DNA from: the human T2T-CHM13v2.0 reference genome, Homo sapiens
Direction: 5' to 3' (one strand)
Length of the DNA: 64,000 nucleotides
Assembly: GCF_009914755.1 (NCBI RefSeq)
Contig: NC_060925.1
In this document: positions 29,063 to 42,330 of the stretch, one piece after another
How positions within the stretch are numbered: the first letter of the stretch is position 1
Layout: each line of letters opens with the position of its first letter
Position numbers and translations under genes: made by a program
Notes under the pieces: generated by a model
What the model was told of the DNA's origin: nothing
Seen by the model: the letters and a program-made list of their open reading frames with translations, nothing else
Databases searched by the model: none

Positions 29063-30814
29063 GCACCAACCCTTGAGAAGCCAGCAGCCTAGTTACTCCA
29101 TTTGGCCAGAGATGAGCTGTGGTTAAAAGGGGTATTTAGTGGCAGGAGGAAGAGCAATCCGAATAGGAGGACAAAGATTTGAACCACCCTGAGCCCTTGG
29201 GAGGCCAGTGCCAAGAGGGTGGGTAGAAGAGCCAAACAGAGATAGGAAAAGAAGGAATTGAACAAATTAGGGCTAAAAGCAGGTTGTCATCAGTCTCAGG
29301 AGATAAAATGGGAGTTAGAATTCCTGAGCAGACCCAGCAAGGTGCAAGGCGTGTACTTTGAACAGAATCAAGGATGGAGCAGCCAGGCCACCACCCCAAA
29401 TGCCATCTATAAAGAGAATCAAAATATCCCTGGAGATGTAGGAAGCTGGAAAGTGTTTGCCAGGATTCCTCTCAAGAAGAGGACTGTAGGAGTTGGTGGG
29501 GTAATTTGCTATGCCTCACTGAGACTGGGGTGGGGGCTGGGGGTGGTTGGAGAATAAGAAGAGAACTCGGAGATAAAGGAGGCAAAAGCAGAGAATGTCC
29601 TGATGATAGATGCTTGCTAGACCATCCCCCCTTTCCTGTGGGGCTTTTATTTCACTAGGTAACATATGCAAGTTTGGGGCCAGCACTGAATTGCTGGGGA
29701 TAAGAGAAGAGAGGCAGGACCAGCCACCAGAAGTTCCTGCTCCACCCTTCCCCTCAAAGCTCTCAGCCTTGCCTATAAATAATTGAGCCGACTGGAAGGG
29801 AACCAAATCATGATTCTGCCTGGGTCCCCTATCTAAATCTGGCCCTGCTTATAGCAGGCTGTGTCCATAGAGTCCTAGTGCAGGTGGGGCCCTCCTTCTG
29901 TTTTTTGTCCCATTTACCTACTTTAGGGCCTGGAATAGTAGAGACCTGAGCGTCTTTTTGAAAAGCTGAAGGAAACTTTTCCTTTGTCTTCCCCACACTG
30001 GGTTGGAGAAAAAGCCTTCAGCCTGGAGGCAGAGATAAAGAAGGCTTTGATTCTGTGATTCATTTCACCTCAGAGTTCGCAACTGAGTTTGAACAGCAAC
30101 TCTGCTCCATCTCCTAAGGTTTGTTTCACATCTGTTATAAGCTATGGCAATAACCGCTGCTCATGGTTATGTGGCTGATGGAGCAGAGGCAATGAGATTG
30201 TCTCTGGGCAGGGAGAATATAATCTCATTTGCTGTGTCTCTTTGATCATGGGAGCAGGTAGGAAAATGGAATTTCATGCAGGTTATTCCTTTCTGCTGCC
30301 ACTGATGGTAATGGTTATTTAACTTTTCCTGAGTGCCAAAAAGCTGCCAGGCATTGAGGAACCTCTCCCCAGCTTAGAAACTGAATTCGCAGACAGGTGT
30401 GAAATTGTTTCAGTGAAAGTCAAACTTATCAAGTTCATTTTATTCAGGACTTACGCCTTTAGATAAGAGTATCCATAAATGTTGCAGAAAAGAAGGGGTA
30501 TGGCCAGGTCTTACATTTCTTCTGCTGGTCATTTTGGAACACAGCTTGCACTCAGTTTGAATTCTCTCTTTAGCATCAGTCCCCACTCCACCTGAACCAT
30601 TGCTGGCCTTCAGCCCATTTCTTCTTGATATTTGGAGTGGGTAGGGGGTGGTGCTAGGCAGCTAGGACAATCGAATCTGACCCTCTCAAATGAGAAGACT
30701 CTGAAAACCCTTCCGACCCACCATTCCTGTACCCTTTCCCAACACACCCCATCAAAATCATCCCGTAAGGATAAGGGAAGCTAACAGGCTGAATGTACTT
30801 GAATAAAGACTGCT

Positions 30815-30895
30815 TTTCTCTGGTCTCAGTTTCCTTATCTGTAAAATGACAAAGTCAGACCAGACGATGTTTAAGATCTCTTATGGCTCTGACTT
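30815..30895 (+). mobile_element. MIR3 fragment
   Basis: tctctggtctcagtttccttatctgtaaaatga...ggctctgac. Confidence 0.65.
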
Positions 30896-31439
30896 CAGAT
30901 GAACTCTCAAAGGGAAGCAGCCCAAGGAGAAGGCTTAGATCAGCTCCCAAGCTGTTGGATTGGCCTCAGCTGTGGCTGCAGTTTAAGGAGGGCATGGAAG
31001 AAGAGGAGAAAAGAGGGTTGAAGGAAACTATCTTAAAATGAGTCTTTAGAGTGTATGAGGTTATTTCTTCTGAGCCTTCCACTGAGAGCAACTTGAAACA
31101 GAAAGTCTGAGTGCTTTGGGTGGGAAAAGGCAGGGTCTTCTTGGAGCACATGTGGCACTTTATGAGGTCCCAGCAGAGCCCTGCCCTGGGATGGTGTTTG
31201 CTGCCCCACTGACCCCCATGGTCAGCCATGAAGAGCCCAGGGTCGAGGTCAAAGCACCACAATTCATTCCACTGTGAGAGGTGCACTAAGGCATGGGGGC
31301 TGCGGAGGTCTGAGGACCTTTCTCTCTGGTGTCAGCAGACAGAAAGACGATCTGGCAGACTCTAAAAGCACTAAAGCTGGGCAACAGTGTCGGGGGAAAA
31401 TGGAAGATATGGTGCGTGTGGGAGGTTTTATGGAGTGAT

Positions 31440-31650
31440 GGTAATAACCCCTCCATTTATACAGAGCTTTCCAGTTTATAAAGCCCTCTCATATCCATTA
31501 CCTCATTTGAGCCTCTGTGAAGCTCTAAGAGGCAGGCAGAGCAAATGTTCTTTTCTTCTGTTTTATAGGTAAGGAAGCAGGAGGGTAGATGAGTCAAGTC
31601 ACCTGCCCAAGGTCACAATGACAGCTCATGACACAGCAGGATGATTCCAG
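31440..31650 (-). mobile_element. MIR
   Basis: catttatacagagctttccagtttataaagc...ttttataggtaaggaagcagg...cctgcccaaggtcaca. Confidence 0.75.
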
Positions 31651-31938
31651 CCACCTGGGAGGTAATGCCAGACTAGCAGGCAGATGGACCCAGGACCCAT
31701 CCCTGCTCTTCCCCACGGCCATTTGCTTCTCTGAGCAGTAAAGCTCTGAGTGTTACTGTTTTGATCTGCAAAACTGGATAATAATAACAACTTGGGCAAT
31801 TAAGGCAGATGATATGTGTACAGGGCCCGGCCCAAGTAGCCAATCAGCATGTCTACTCTTCTCTTTTCCTCTGCTAGCATTTAAGAATCTTCCTTCCATG
31901 GGGTAAATAGAGAATGAGGTCATTATGACTCTAGATAG

Positions 31939-32606
<668 letters not shown>

Positions 32607-32614
32607 ACTGCAGT

Positions 32615-32830
32615 TATTATTATTTATCAAGTGCTTGTTCTGGCTCAGACACCATGTTCAGTGCTTTACCCATATTGGCTTACTTAATTCTTACAATAGC
32701 ATAGAACTATTAGCCTTATTTTGCAGATGAGATAACTGAGGCACAAAGAATTTAGGAACTTACCCAAGGCTTTACAGATAATAATGACAGAGCTGGGACT
32801 GAGTTTTAAAGCCAGAACTCTTAACCTAAC
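32615..32830 (-). mobile_element. MIR
   Basis: ttattttgcagatgagataactgaggcacaaagaatttaggaacttacccaagg. Confidence 0.8.
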
Positions 32831-33999
32831 TAACCTCTAACTAACCCTGTGCCTATTTCCCACTACGGACCTGGGGGCAAAGGCCCTTGCTCTTCATCAT
32901 GCCTGCAATGACACTTCCCTGAGGATGGAGGGACTGAGCAAGCTGGGAAGCACCCTGGCCAAATTGAAAAGACCAGATATAATCATTTATGCAAATGCCA
33001 GGATTCTATTCGCTGAAGAGGTTCCAGGTTGAGTTACATTTGAGAAGCTGGAGAATGTGGATGATCCTGGAGAGCCGTTTAGCATACAAAGAGATATTAA
33101 CCCCTGCCCAAAAAGCCAGGCAGCACTGAGGATATTGAGAAAACTTACTCTGCGTGCAAACTTTTCAATTATAGAATCAGCCAGTGGGATTAGTAGTAGG
33201 AATGAATGTGAGGTGTGGAGTCCCCCCTTGCAATCTGGAGAGGAAAGACTTTAGTGTGAGGCCTCTTTCCAGAGCAACTCATGGGTCATGGCAGATGAAG
33301 TGTCTCATAAAGGTCTGGATGCCCATTGCCCAACACAGATCCCTGCCCTTTGTAATGTTCAAGAAGGATAGCTGGAATAATGAACAAATCAACAAAATAA
33401 TTATCTTGCCAAAAGGTAACAAAGAATCTGGAATGTTTCCCAATACACCATATCTTAGGAGATTCTGAGAGAACCCCAGTCCTTAGGAGAGACTTGAAAA
33501 AAGAACTTCTTGACTGTGTAAAATAAGAAATAGATGAATGAAGAGTGAGGGAGGATATGCCAGCTCTAAGAAAGTGGCTCCTAAATGTAAGGCCAGGTCC
33601 AGAGGAACACCTTTCCTAGAAGCAGGGAGATGAATAGAATGGCATCTGCCATTGGAATCCTAAAACAATGAGAGATTTAACAGCAAAGCGTCAATCTAAG
33701 TGGAATATAAGATGTTAGCACTTGATTTTCTAACATACTTAACCAGATGCTGAAGTATTAGAAAAATCAGAGTGGCCCACCCCCATCATTCTCCTGCTCC
33801 CGCACCCCAACCCCATCCAAAATGTCAGGAGTTTCTCATCAAGTGACAATTCTACAGGACCTACCCTGAAGCAAAGTCCACACTGGTTATACCTGTGGGA
33901 CAATTCTCATCAGGATGTGTCTGTTTTCCAGCTCTGGGCCCATATTTGTAAAAGTCCTTCTCTTCCTAGAGCTGATGGTCACTTTAGAAAGTAGTGAAA

Positions 34000-34200
34000 A
34001 TAGCTACAATTCAGAGGGTGCTTACTAAGTGCCAGGAGCCAGGCCGAGGGCTCACACGAATTATCTCATTTTATCCTCAGAATCAGCCAATGGGATTTGG
34101 TATATAACTAGCCCTATTTTACTTAGAAAAACCCTAAAACTAAAGAAGTTAAGAATTTGACTTAGATCACATGATTAATAAATGAAGAATTTAGAATTGG
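34000..34200 (-). mobile_element. MIR
   Basis: gagggtgcttactaagtgccagg...ttatctcattttatcctca...ccctattttac. Confidence 0.7.
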
Positions 34201-35023
34201 GAAACTCCAAGGCACTGAAATTTCCCCCAAATATTATGCAAAAGACAAACCAAAATAGATCATAAAGTAAATGTAAAGAAATCCACAAAGTTCTTTCTTT
34301 CCCCATGATTGTTTTAAATAAAATGTTTTTAAATACTTCATTAACGATTGAGTCATGTACCAGGATACAAATTCAGTTCTGTCTATTCCAGGCCTGACTT
34401 CTTAACCCCTATCTTTCGTTAGTAAGAGAACTTTGCTTTTTCCCAGCATCCAGAGCCTCCAAGCCCTTCCAAGAGGACCAAACATTTGATTTTTCTCAGA
34501 AGAGTTAACAAAGTAGATACTACAAGGGGTTGGGGCTGATGGGGAGGGTGATTGAGGTTGCTTGAGTTCAAATCTTAGGAGATTACAGAAAATCTGCTGG
34601 TTCACCAGCCACTTGGACGCCTTATCTGAGCCAAAGTAATCACTTGCAGAAGAGCAAACCCATCCGTCGCGCAGCCAGTGTGGGAAGATGCTTTTCTTTA
34701 TCTTTACCAGAGCTGAAGAGCTTTTGCCTTTGTAATCAGCTTCTGTGAAGGAGCTGACACTCAGGCTTGGCTAGGGGAGCCCAGCAAGGGCCGGGGCCCA
34801 CAGGATCCTGTCATGGTGGAGAATCTAGGGGTGTTCTGGTGCCGCTTTCCTCACACCAGACAAGCTGAGTTCAGCTCCAATTTGAGGGCCAGACTTCATG
34901 GATCCCATGAGGTTTTGATCCCCAACTGGGATGTACAAGTCCAAAGTAATGGGATGAAGAGCTCAGGTGAAATGACATGGGGATATCAGATGTGCCAGAC
35001 TTCGTTCTTCATTCTGTATTTAG

Positions 35024-35592
35024 TGTAGGAGGCACTTCCTGTTGAACTTGCCTTACCCCCACCACTCCTCCACCATCACAGGCCACTCATTTAAGGATCA
35101 GCCCTGTCACTCAGAGAGGAGCACTCATGTGCCTGTGTTTGTGGAATGTGACCCTGTCCCCTATTGGCAGCTGATGGACCAGAGTGAGCACTTAACCTCA
35201 GCTGTGCCAATCACGCTTGTCTTCTATAAATGTGGACATGAAGAACTGGAATATAGTTTGGCGCCACTGGAGCTTAGAGAGAGGATTAATGCCAGGGAAA
35301 GGCTGACCATATTCTGCCATATATACAAAACAGCAGAGAAAACTCATCTGCCAAGAAAGAGGAAAATGAAACAGGTGCACAGGGGAAAGGAGATGAGACC
35401 ACGTAACTTGGACAGTAGCTGTCCCAGTTGCTGATAACTTTCGAATTCCTGGCTCTTGACTCTAATGAAGCTGAGCCTTATGTCCTGCCCTTAGGTCTAG
35501 GCTCATCTCCGCCCCATAGAGTTTCCTTCTTCCTTAAGCTCCTCTGAGTCTCTTTCTATTATCTGCAATCAAAAAAGGAGTCTTGAAAAGCA
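35024..35592 (+). mobile_element. ERVL solo LTR (LTR16-like)
   Basis: Starts tgtaggagg; gctgatggaccagagtgagcacttaacctcagctgtgccaatca; 3' end ttccttaagct...tttctattatctgcaatcaaaa. Confidence 0.65.
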
Positions 35593-36129
35593 ATTAACAT
35601 TATCATTCTGATTAGAAGTCTACTACTGGTTATTGAATACCTATTTTGTGCCAGGTACAGTTCCAGAAACATTGCCAGTGATTTATCTCACTTATCATCT
35701 TCATCAGCAACATCATAAACATTAGCATCAAAAAGTGTTTACAAAGAGCCTGCTTTTGTGTAACACTCAGCTAGACACAAAAGCAGAGATACCAGTAAGG
35801 TCCACGTCCCCTGACAGCTTTCTAGATGGGTATGCTGATGTTAAGACAAATGTACAGGGCATTAAATTAAGACATGAAGAGACAGTCAGATATTTGCCTC
35901 GTTATCAAGAGCTAGGTAAGGATAAGGAAACAGCTGATAAGGAAACAGCTGAGGGTATTCTAAGTGGAGAGTGAAGGGCTGAATCCCAGGTAAGAGAAAG
36001 CTTCAAGCTTGCTCAATTTGGACAAGGAAATATATAGAAAGGAACATAAAAGAGGCTGCAGGACTGAGTCAGTTACAGGGGCCATCTTTACCCATCAGGA
36101 GCACCTGTTTGGTCTGTGAATCCAGGAAG

Positions 36130-36600
36130 AATTGAGGGGAGACAGAAGCAGGCAGCAGGGCTGGGAAGGCTGAGAGAAGAAGGACCAAAAGAAACCTTCA
36201 ATGTTGGTATTGATCCCCCTGGCAGATCTCAATAAGCATCTGAGATGCAAGCAACGGAGTCAGCAGACAGCTGGTAGGAAAGAAAGGCTGGAAGAGATAA
36301 ACATGCAAAGTAGAAAAGTAGAGACTTATCTCTATTTTGAAAAGAGAGGGCCAAAGTGATCTAAAGATAAAGGAAAGAGGCTGAAGAAGAAAAACGAGAT
36401 AAGAACAGAGGGTGCAGGGTGGGATCAGAGGCAGGGAAGGCCAAGGACTAAAAAATGTAAAGAGGGACAAAGAAAAACAAAAACTGAATTACAGAGGGTC
36501 AGAGATAGAAGCAAAGAAGGCAAGGCTGAGAGATACATGGGACAGACGGTGTACAGAAGGAAAAGACAGAGGAACATTAGTCTAAGCTTTGGAGAGGGAG
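36130..36600. repeat. Purine-rich low-complexity tract
   Basis: Strong G/A bias on + strand over ~470 bp with no periodic unit. Confidence 0.6.
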
Positions 36601-36979
36601 AATGGGAGACCAGCAGAACCCTTGAGAAACGGGGTGCTCTCCTGGCAGACCTTATCATCGCCCTTGGAGACATTTCCATTCTCTTCATATTTCTGGCTGG
36701 AAATCTTTTAAGAGTTTTTTTCTCTCTTCCATTCTGTATATAGATAGCTAGGCACTGTGCTTTGTCATTCTTCCAAACATCTCTGACATTCGCCACTCTC
36801 ACATCACTTTGGATGACTGATGCTGAGCTTGGCCCTGCCTCTGTACTCTCTAAATGGTCTTTATCCCATTACCAATAACAATAATCTCTCCCATTTACCT
36901 ACTTTTTTACAACGAACTTACAAAGTGACCCTGATCCTATAAACTGCTCTGTGAGCTAACATTATACCCATTTGAAAAT

Positions 36980-37270
36980 CCATTCATTCATTTTTAAAAA
37001 AATAGGTCTTGAGAACACTTCTCAGTTCCATGCTCTGTGCCAGGGATTCAACACTGAACATGATGGATACAGCACTTTCCTTTGTGGAGCTTAGAGACCC
37101 ACAGCAAAGATATATACTATACAACTAATTACAACTGTGACAAGCACCACAAGAAAGTAGTGGGTGCCATAAAGAAGTATGACAGAAAACCTAATTTAAT
37201 CAGAATAACAGGGCAATAAAGTTTCAGCTGAGCTCTGAAGCAATGGAGAAGCTGACAATTGGAGAGTTTC
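36980..37270 (-). mobile_element. L2 fragment
   Basis: cattcattcat...ctgtgccaggga...cctttgtggagcttaga...tttcagctgagctctgaag. Confidence 0.7.
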
Positions 37271-37789
37271 TCAGACTTGTCCAGGGTCTAGAAGCTTCAG
37301 ATCCGGGCTCAGAACTGTCCTCTTCTGAATGTTAGTACAGTGCTCTGCCCTCCTTGTATCTGTGCCCTTGGGGTAGACCATCTTGACATATACAGGAGAG
37401 AATCCCCTGTTCCAGAACTTCAGTGGCTCTCTCCAAGCCTATCACATCAACCCAACTCCTCTGCTGGATCCCCAGGCCCCCATAATCTAGCCATACCTTA
37501 CTCATTCACCCTTCTTCTCCACCATTCTGCAGTACAGGGCCTGCATACAAGTTGATCCATCTCCCACGGTCCCTGGACATGGGGCATTCTTGACTCCATT
37601 TGCATATGTATTCATTCACCCAACACTCTTAACCTCTACCATGTGCCAAGCAGGTATCCTGTTCATGCTATTTCTTCTACCTAAAATTACATTCTCTTTA
37701 CTTTTCACTAATAGAAATCCTGCTTACCATGAGTCTTATCTCCTCTTCTTTAAATCCTTGACATTTTATAATAAAAGGAATAAAGAACC

Positions 37790-37960
37790 CAAAGTCAGAA
37801 CACTCATGTTCAAGTCCATGTATAGCTTAAATTTTCGCAACCTCAATTTTCCCATCTTTAAAATGGTGAAATAACTGCCCACAACAGAAATATTGGCATA
37901 AGACTCAAAACTCCAAAATAAGATACATTTCTGTATGAAAGCACTTTGTCAACTGTGGCA
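37790..37960 (+). mobile_element. MIR fragment
   Basis: cctcaattttcccatctttaaaatggtgaaataac...tatgaaagcactttgtcaactgt. Confidence 0.65.
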
Positions 37961-37999
37961 CAAATTTAAGGAAAGAGAGATTAATTCACACCTGGCTCA

Positions 38000-38210
38000 C
38001 TGGAGCTCTCTCTTTTCCACACTCCTGTCCATGCATACTTAACATCAAGCACTTATGTTTTCTCCACTTGAATCAGGGTGTTGGTTTTCCCTCCTCAACT
38101 AGATTACAGAGAGTTTAAGGGACAGAGAAATACCATACTCTTTTACATCCTCTGTGGTGCCTAGGGGAATGATAGGCACTTAGTAAGTATTATCTGGGTT
38201 TGTTAATTGA
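38000..38210 (+). mobile_element. L2 3' end
   Basis: actagattacagagagtttaagggacagag...gtgcctagg...taggcacttagtaagtatt. Confidence 0.65.
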
Positions 38211-38431
38211 GCTCTCCTGAAGTGTAAGCAGGCTGTCCCAAGAGTATCTATCCCAATACAACATGGAAAGGGAAAAGGCAGACAGATGAACTCACACTTC
38301 AACTTAATCAGCAACTGTCCAGAGCTAACATATTCCAGGCTGTAAAGAAATGGGCATTCCTGTTCATGCCATCTGACCTCAGGCTTCCCATGCCTCAGAG
38401 CTGCCAGGAGCCCTGATGCCACCACACCTTG

Positions 38432-38487
38432 GAGATAAGAACCACCAGCCATCAGATTGAGATAAGAACCACCAGCCACCAGATTGA
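38432..38487. repeat. 27-bp tandem duplication
   Basis: gagataagaaccaccagcca(t/c)cagatt x2. Confidence 0.9.
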
Positions 38488-41400
38488 TTTAGGGACGTAA
38501 CTTGCTTTTTCTAGCAATTGCTGGAGTTTCTCTTCCCTTTGCTAGCCTAGCTGAAGCCTTTCTATAGCCCTAGGATTCTAGCAATAAATTTCCATTTAGC
38601 TATGACAAATGACTGCTGCTCCTGTCTCCCTCCTCTCACCCGCACCGCCTTGTTCTGAAGTCTCCTTCTCAGAGGTAGCTCAAGGGCCTTTCCTTTATGT
38701 GGCAGTGGCAGGTTCTGCCATTTACAATCCCCTAGAGATGGTCTCATTCCAGAACAGACTGATTGTGACCCTGAGGGGAAGAGAGGCTGGGATGGGAGAC
38801 AGATGAAGAGAAGAGGAAGAGAAAAGCTGGGTTGCAAAGAAGAGCCTTCCCTAGGTAAAACCCTTGATGACACACAGCACAAGCAGGAAGAGGAAATTTG
38901 AATAATAAGAGGCTAATGGCAGAGGGGGAAGGCAGAGGGAAAAGGAGGAAGAGGCAAAAGTTGTTCATTAGTTGCATTGATTCAAGGGGAAAGACAAGTG
39001 ATTAAATAATTCGCCCCCAAGGAAGAGGCTCCTGTTCCTGCTTTCCTTCCTTGGCAGGAAGCAGAGATAATTTCTTAGCTGAGTGGCTCTGCCTTTCTCC
39101 ATCTGAGCTGGGGTTCATAAGGGGAAGGGAAGCAGGGCCCAGGAGTGGGACTCCACAGCCAGCTCTCAGCAATGCATACTAATGAGGGAACAGCTGTGGG
39201 GTCAGCGTCCAAAGTGGATGATCCCCAAATCCCTTCTCTCCCTCTCTCAGGGATTTATTACGTGGAGCATAGGTATGCTGAGCTCAGTTAAGCCTAACCT
39301 TAATACGTGGCCTAACATAAAAGCCTGTATTCCCTGAGGCTAGGCGATGTGACTGAGGGAAGTGGGAGGAAAGAAAGATGGATAGCTGGAAACCAACAGG
39401 GGCTGGAAAGTTTTACTTCTGCAAAGTAAGCAATCTTCATTCTCAAAGGCAAAAGTCAATGTGACAATACTCAGAAGGGAGGGAAGTTAGGCATTTATGT
39501 TGTTCCTACTATTGTTGATTATTGATTGACTAACCAACGTGTGTTGTCCCTCTGTTATTGGCCAGGCACAGAAGTGCAGAACCAGGAAGACACAGTCCCT
39601 CAAGGGTCTCTCAGTCTATCTAGAGGGACAAAGTGTCAACAAGTAATTTTCTTCCAATATAGTAAGGGCTGAGATGAGGCGATGTAGAGTGAGTGAAAGG
39701 GTGGGCCAAGACTGAGGCTTTCTGGAAGGTTTCCAGAGAAGGAGTGTGTTAGGGCCTCTTTGTGTGGCTGACTTTGTCGGACGGAGTTGATTCAGAAGTT
39801 GCCCCTGGTCTGCTGCCCCTGGATGTTCTAGCCCACACTCCTCACCCAGTTCACAAATTCATGGAAGGAGTCTGTGAATGTGTGTGGGCACACATAGCTG
39901 TGCACTTGTGTGGGGCAGCTACTTCGGGCAGCTGCTTCTTAACTGTACTTTGGCTGTCTTCCCACCTATTTCCTTTTGCGACCCTGTGATTGGCTCACAC
40001 CCCAGGCCCTACCTGCTGGCGCAAGGTGTACTCAAGGCACTTTACAAGAGAACATGGCAATCTTAATTAAAGCCTTCCTCGACACGGATTTCCACAACAG
40101 AATTTTGGCCTGCCAACTCAGTACCATGTTTTTGGCAGGTAACAGGCAACTTTTAGAGGCATTCTTTTTCAATGCACTCCTTAATATACAGAGTCTTAAA
40201 ATAAAGTACAAATCCAGCCTGGGTAGACAAGAGGGCCCGGCTGCCCCTGGGATGCTCCTGCCCTCAGAGAGAAGTAGGAGGTGGGCTCCTCCCCAGCCTT
40301 CTTCCCCCACATTCTTCTCTCATTTTTGGCCAGGTGCATCCACTTCCTTTACCAAGGATTTGGTAGCAGCTAATTCGAAGAGTAAGAGCAAATCTTTTGT
40401 CTGTAGAAAGTATTCCAGAGGGAACTGAAAATTAGTAACTCCCAAGTGAGCTGAAAAAGAATTTAGGAGGTCAGATAATTTATTTCGAATTTCCAGAATG
40501 ACTTCATGCTCTCCCTCTTCCAGTCCAGTGATTTCAACTCCTGCTTCCCAGGTAAGCATTGCACCTGTGGGGTCTTGCAACAATTCCTGAAGAGTTTTGC
40601 CTTGGCTCTGCTTCCTCCCTCTGTGGGTATGTACTTGATGGGCAAACCCCACTTATCTAGGATGGAGAGGACACCAGCAATGTCCCTCTCTGACCTAATT
40701 TTTCCACTCAACTTCCAGAATCGCACCAGACTTCATTTCTCCATTTTCTCAGATGAAGCATGTGGTTTGACTACTCCCTCCACCACACCCCACACACTAA
40801 CGTACCAAGGTCCCTAGAAGGCAGCCCAACAGGTTGATCAAATTTAACCAACTTAGCAAAAGTTTAAACAAGAAGCTCTGAACATTTACAAATGGTAGCC
40901 TCTTCCCTCCCAACAGTTGCAGCCAAAGGTGCCAATGGCCATTTAAGAAACTGGACTTTTCCCAAAGTAGCTGCCTTGCACATATGCACAGACAAGTGTG
41001 CACACACATATACACAGAATCCTTCCTTGACTTGAGCAGAAGTTAGCAAAGGAAAGGGGGCATGCTGAGTGTGGCCAGCAGGGGCACGGCCATGGATAAG
41101 AGTAGAGATATAGACTGGCCCTGACAACTGAGAGTTTCTTACACCATTTAGTCTACACTTTTTGGCTGAAAACAATTTAAAATAGCTGCCAAGTTCTAAA
41201 TTTGGGATCCAAGTGTTAGGAGTTGGGGATCATTGCAAGGTCTCCCCTTTCTTGATACTCACTTTCTCTAAGAATTGAAGTGTATAAGGGACCTGAGATA
41301 TCATCTAAGCCAAGGTCCTGAGGCCCAAAGATTTTAACCAAGTCAAACTTAGTGTAAAATCTAAAGCAGACTTCCAGGTTCTGGCTCCCAGAACCAGGCT

Positions 41401-41704
41401 TTTGTACCATCACACAGCTACTGGTTCTTCCAAATTAGGGATGGCAGAGAGGAAAAGGAAGATAAAGACTGACAGAAAGACATTCACAATAATAATCAGA
41501 AGGGCTATTTTGGGACCCACCCCCAAGCACTGTTGCAGAAATCAGTCACAAAGTATTTATTGATCAGCTACTATGCACTTAATGCTTTTCAAGGCGTTGT
41601 GGAGAGTGCAGAAGAGAAATAAAAACAGGGAAGCACCCAGTACAGTCTCTGGTCCTAAGTCACATCACAGGCACTCATTAAATGATTGTTGTCTTCCATT
41701 AAGC

Positions 41705-41900
41705 CATGATAATGCTGACCAATATTTATTGTCTGCTTACTGTGTGCCAGGGACCCTGTTCTAAGCTCCTGACATGCATTTATTTATCTCATTCCATCCC
41801 TTCCACAACTTTAGAGGTAGGTACTTCTTCCTACCATTTTTCAGATAATGAAACTAAAGTGCAGAGAGGTGAAGCCCAAGGCCATACACCTAGTAAGTGG
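41705..41900 (-). mobile_element. MIR
   Basis: atttattgtctgcttactgtgtgccagg...catttttcagataatgaaactaaagtgcagagagg. Confidence 0.8.
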
Positions 41901-42119
41901 TAATAATATTGTGCATTCAACCACCAGATTATGGAAGATGTGAGACACCCACATTCTATATCTCTGAATCTCATTTGAAAATGGGGTAGAATACTGACTA
42001 CCTCACACAGCTGCTGCAAGGATTCATCAGATCCTGCCTAGTGGGCTTCAACACTCACTCTCCACATTGTGTAACACACCCCCTTCTCTCTGAGAGCCCA
42101 GCATAGGGGAGGAGAACTA

Positions 42120-42162
42120 ACACACACACATGCACGCACACACACACACACACACACACACA
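42120..42162. repeat. (CA)n microsatellite, interrupted
   Basis: cacacacacatgcacg(ca)n. Confidence 0.95.
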
Positions 42163-42174
42163 ACCAAAACCAAA

Positions 42175-42330
42175 CAGTGCCTCCATTTCCTTACCAGCAA
42201 AATGAGGACAATGCTATTATTTACCTCATAAGGCTATTGTGAGAATAGACTGCATAAGACAAAAGAGTACTTAAAAGAGAGCTTGGCACAAAGTATGCAC
42301 TTAGTAAATGTTAGCTATTCTCATTATTAT
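42175..42330 (+). mobile_element. MIR
   Basis: gtgcctccatttccttaccagcaaaatgagg...tacctcataaggctattgtgagaat...cttagtaaatgttagctatt. Confidence 0.78.
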
